Shown here: in pieces, positions 61,575-64,000 of the stretch | Position numbering within the stretch: the first letter of the stretch is position 1 | How the letters are laid out: each line of letters begins with the position of its first letter | Source of the DNA: Thermoguttaceae bacterium | GTDB taxonomy: Bacteria > Planctomycetota > Planctomycetia > Pirellulales > Thermoguttaceae | NCBI GenBank assembly: GCA_052139835.1 | Contig: JBKQVT010000104.1 | Coordinates: forward strand, 323 to 64,322 | DNA length: 64,000 bases | Reading direction: 5' to 3' | Notes under the pieces: generated by a model | What the model was told of the DNA's origin: nothing | Databases searched by the model: none | Seen by the model: the letters and a program-made list of their open reading frames with translations, nothing else | Translations under genes and position numbers: made by a program

Positions 61575-62492
61575 CTACTTCGGCTTGCCCTGCTCTTTGA
61601 GCCAGGCGCGGTAGGGGGCGTCGGCCTCCGCCCGGCCTTGGCTGTAGGGCGTCAGACAATACTCGCAACTCTCCCACTTGGCGCCGTCGGCCAGGTTCAC
61701 GTAATGGCAACACATCATCCGCAGCCGCTCGATCTTCTCCCGGTATTGGAGCATGACGATCGGTCCCTTGTCCCAGGCGGAGCGGCGGGGAAAACAGGCA
61801 AAGCCCGCCTTTTCCGTGCCGTAGAGCATCCAGCGGCCGACGCTCTCGCTCTGCTGGCCATCCGAGCTAAACTCGGCGAAGGTCGAGTCCCCGGCATAGA
61901 ATTGGTCCCGCTCGGTCGGCAGCAGCGACTTAAACGAGCGGACGACCGCTCCGCCGGCCCCGCCGCTGCGGAACTCGGTTTCCGCCGCGCCGCCAAAAGG
62001 CAGCAAACCGAGAAAATCGGGAAAGAGGACCTGGCGGACGGCGCGGCGCGAATGGTTTTCGATCCGACATGCCAATAACACCGATTTGCCGTCGGCGGCC
62101 GCCTTCAGCGTGACGGTGGCGGCAACGCTGCCCGACACGGGAAAGGCCGCGCGGCTTGTGCCCAGGCGGTCCCAATGGATTGTCACCCCCTCGGGCGTTT
62201 TCGTGATCCGCGCCCCGGGGGAGAAGCGGGAAGCCAATCGCAGCGGCTCGAACTGCGGCACGGGATAGGCCAGGTCGAGAATGCTGGCATCCTCGGGCGT
62301 CGTGCGAAGCACCTCGCCGGGCCCGGCGGATGCCAGGCTGAGGATGCCCCCCGTCTTTCCGTCCAAGACGATTTTCCAGCCGCCCAGCGCGGCGGTCACC
62401 GTCGGGCCGGTCTCTTCGGCGGCCGGGCCGGGCCCGGCAAAGCCGACAAGAAGCACGCCCACAGAAAATAAGACAGTTGATAGTTTCACCAC
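61575..62492 (-). CDS. secreted hypothetical protein, stand-alone paralog of the N-terminal domain of 59421..61562
   Basis: GTG start, signal peptide VKLSTVLFSVGVLLVGFAGPGPA. Collinear with the neighbour (TIHWDRLG, AATVT(L/F)(K/Q)AA(A/P)DG(K/R)S(V/I)(L/V)L(A/S)C.I(E/D)N(H/R)S, QVLFPD(F/L)(L/V)GL). Confidence 0.65.
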   Translation of the reverse strand: MVKLSTVLFSVGVLLVGFAGPGPAAEETGPTVTAALGGWKIVLDGKTGGILSLASAGPGEVLRTTPEDASILDLAYPVPQFEPLRLASRFSPGARITKTPEGVTIHWDRLGTSRAAFPVSGSVAATVTLKAAADGKSVLLACRIENHSRRAVRQVLFPDFLGLLPFGGAAETEFRSGGAGGAVVRSFKSLLPTERDQFYAGDSTFAEFSSDGQQSESVGRWMLYGTEKAGFACFPRRSAWDKGPIVMLQYREKIERLRMMCCHYVNLADGAKWESCEYCLTPYSQGRAEADAPYRAWLKEQGKPK

Positions 62493-62501
62493 AGAAAACC
62501 T

Positions 62502-62529
62502 CCCTAAATCCCTAAATCCCTAAATCCCT
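62502..62529. repeat. (CCCTAAAT)x3 octamer array
   Basis: Read directly between the carbonic anhydrase stop (62534) and the GTG start of 61575..62492. It is the complement of the GGGATTTA arrays. Confidence 0.9.
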
Positions 62530-62533
62530 CTAT

Positions 62534-63250
62534 TCACCGCGTCAGCTCGAGCAACTCCTTCTGCTTGGGGTGCTCGCCGAGCCATTGGACCTTGCCGGTC
62601 TTCACGTCGTAGATCGCGCCGATCACCTTGAGCTTGCCGGATTGGACGTGGCGGCGCGTCATCGGACTGCCCGCCATCAGTTCTTCGATCGAATACCATA
62701 CGTTCAACTCGGTGGCGGCCGGCACGAGATCCTTGCCGTGCAGGTCGCGGTGGGCGGCCTGGGCCGCGGCGACCGCCGGCTCGATCTTGTCCACCACCCG
62801 GCGGATATTGCCGTGCAGTTCCGCGCCGGTGACCGCCGCGGTCACCGCGCCGCAGTCGGTGTGGCCCAGGACGATCAGCAGGTGCGTGCCCAAGTGGCTC
62901 ACGCCATACTCGATGGAGCCCATCTCAGCGACGTCGCAGACGTTGCCGGCGACCCGCACGGCGAAGATGTCGCCGATCCCCTGGTCGAAGACGGTCTCCA
63001 GCGGCACCCGCGAGTCGCTGCAGCCGAGGATCGTGACGAAGGGCTGCTGGCTGCGGGCGGTTTCGCTCCGCCGGGCGGCATCGGCGGCGGCGTGGGTGCT
63101 CTTCTCCGCCGCGAACCGCGCGTTGCCCGCCTTCAATCGCGCGATCGCTTCCTCCGCCGTCACGCCGCTGGACTGCTCCGCGGCCGCAACGAGGCCCGCC
63201 GCCGCCGACAACCAGGTCGCGAGTGCCGTGAAGAGGACCAGTTTTCTCAT
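62534..63250 (-). CDS. beta-class carbonic anhydrase with signal peptide
   Basis: MRKLVLFTALATWLSAAAGLVAA signal. Zinc ligand motifs GCSDSRVP and LGHTDCGAV. ATG 63250 preferred, because upstream codons of ORF 62534..63304 translate a repeat array. Confidence 0.9.
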   Translation of the reverse strand: MRKLVLFTALATWLSAAAGLVAAAEQSSGVTAEEAIARLKAGNARFAAEKSTHAAADAARRSETARSQQPFVTILGCSDSRVPLETVFDQGIGDIFAVRVAGNVCDVAEMGSIEYGVSHLGTHLLIVLGHTDCGAVTAAVTGAELHGNIRRVVDKIEPAVAAAQAAHRDLHGKDLVPAATELNVWYSIEELMAGSPMTRRHVQSGKLKVIGAIYDVKTGKVQWLGEHPKQKELLELTR

Positions 63251-63267
63251 GGGGATCTCCTGGTTTA

Positions 63268-63300
63268 GGGATTTAGGGATTGGGGATTGGGGATTGGGGA
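63268..63300. repeat. (GGGATTTA)/(GGGGATT) array
   Basis: gggattta gggatt ggggatt ggggatt gggga, filling the spacer between the hydrolase stop (63301) and the carbonic anhydrase start (63250). Confidence 0.9.
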
Positions 63301-64000
63301 TCAATGACGGCCAGATTCCAAAAATTGCAAGAGCGTCGCCCGAAAAAGCCGCCGATCGTAGTTCTCCATTTGTTTGTGTCCTGCGCCCTCGAAGACGACC
63401 AACTTCGCGTGCGATCGGATCCGTTGGTACATCGCCTGGACTTCCGGCAGCCGGGCGTTCGGATCGGCCGAACCCGTGACGAAGACCACGGGCACGGTCG
63501 CGGGAATGTCTTGCAGAGAATCATAGGGGGAAACACGGTCGGCGGCAATCGGCAGGAAAAGCGGCGCCCAGAGCTTCAGGCCGCCGTAGGCCACCCAATC
63601 CAGCCCCGGACCGAGTTGGTGTTGCAGCCGGTTCCAGACCGCCGTGTCGAGGTCCTTGTACGGATGGTTGAAGAAGTATCCGGCGACGCGATCCTGCAAT
63701 TGGCCGGCGGCGAAGATCGCGGCCGCCGCCCCCATCGAGTCGCCCATCACGTAGATCGGCTCGCCGGGAAACTGGCGGCGGAGAAACTCGACGCCCGCAA
63801 CGACGTCGTGCCGGGCGCTCCAGCCCACGTCGTTTACAGAGCCCGTCGAATCGCCGTGACAACGCAGGCTGGGCGCCAGCACGGTGAGCCGCTCCTGGGC
63901 CAGCATCTGGATGACGGGCAACATGCCGCTGCGGCAGTTGTTGATGCCGTGGAGCAGCAGCACGCAGCCCTTGTGCCGATCGCCGCGGACCAGCCAGGCG
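63301..64000 (-). CDS. alpha/beta-fold hydrolase (5' end outside window)
   Basis: Frame stays open to the window end (..GCVLLLHGINN oxyanion-type motif). Nucleophile elbow VMGDSMGAAA (GxSxG). C-terminal GAGHKQ. Confidence 0.75.
   Translation of the reverse strand, partial: AWLVRGDRHKGCVLLLHGINNCRSGMLPVIQMLAQERLTVLAPSLRCHGDSTGSVNDVGWSARHDVVAGVEFLRRQFPGEPIYVMGDSMGAAAAIFAAGQLQDRVAGYFFNHPYKDLDTAVWNRLQHQLGPGLDWVAYGGLKLWAPLFLPIAADRVSPYDSLQDIPATVPVVFVTGSADPNARLPEVQAMYQRIRSHAKLVVFEGAGHKQMENYDRRLFRATLLQFLESGRH

Overview
High-GC (roughly two-thirds G+C by eye) chromosomal segment, almost certainly from a member of the Planctomycetota. The evidence is two DUF1559 prepilin-like paralogs, an FGE-sulfatase-type protein, a membrane-anchored LRR protein and recurrent '(F/Y)SLR(T/W)LL' N-terminal anchors. 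I call 44 protein genes, mostly housekeeping or metabolic: ppx, dapA, pdxJ, a SurA-like PPIase, mfd, an rlmM-like gene, birA, a PEPCK-like gene, sdhCAB, malic enzyme, an AzgA-type permease and a beta-carbonic anhydrase. There are also several large lineage-specific secreted or membrane proteins, including a 2097-aa thioester alpha-2-macroglobulin, a Gly-rich solenoid-like repeat protein and tandem beta-barrel-like paralogs. I saw no rRNA, tRNA, CRISPR array, transposase or integrase. Two things stand out. (1) A minus-strand operon places an acetolactate-synthase-like ThDP enzyme and an aldehyde dehydrogenase directly upstream of sdhCAB and a malic enzyme. The aldehyde dehydrogenase is translationally coupled to sdhC. 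This looks like a 2-oxoglutarate decarboxylase / succinic-semialdehyde dehydrogenase TCA bypass joined to complex II. (2) The intergenic DNA is unusually rich in structure. It contains octamer arrays (GGAGTTAG)n folded into long hairpins directly 5' of start codons. It contains G-quadruplex-competent (GGGATTTN)n arrays, one pair bracketing the carbonic anhydrase gene. It also contains several REP-like palindrome families, one copy of which sits in frame inside a transporter gene. All functional calls rest on motif recognition by eye. Start codons are often GTG/TTG and are uncertain by tens of nucleotides.
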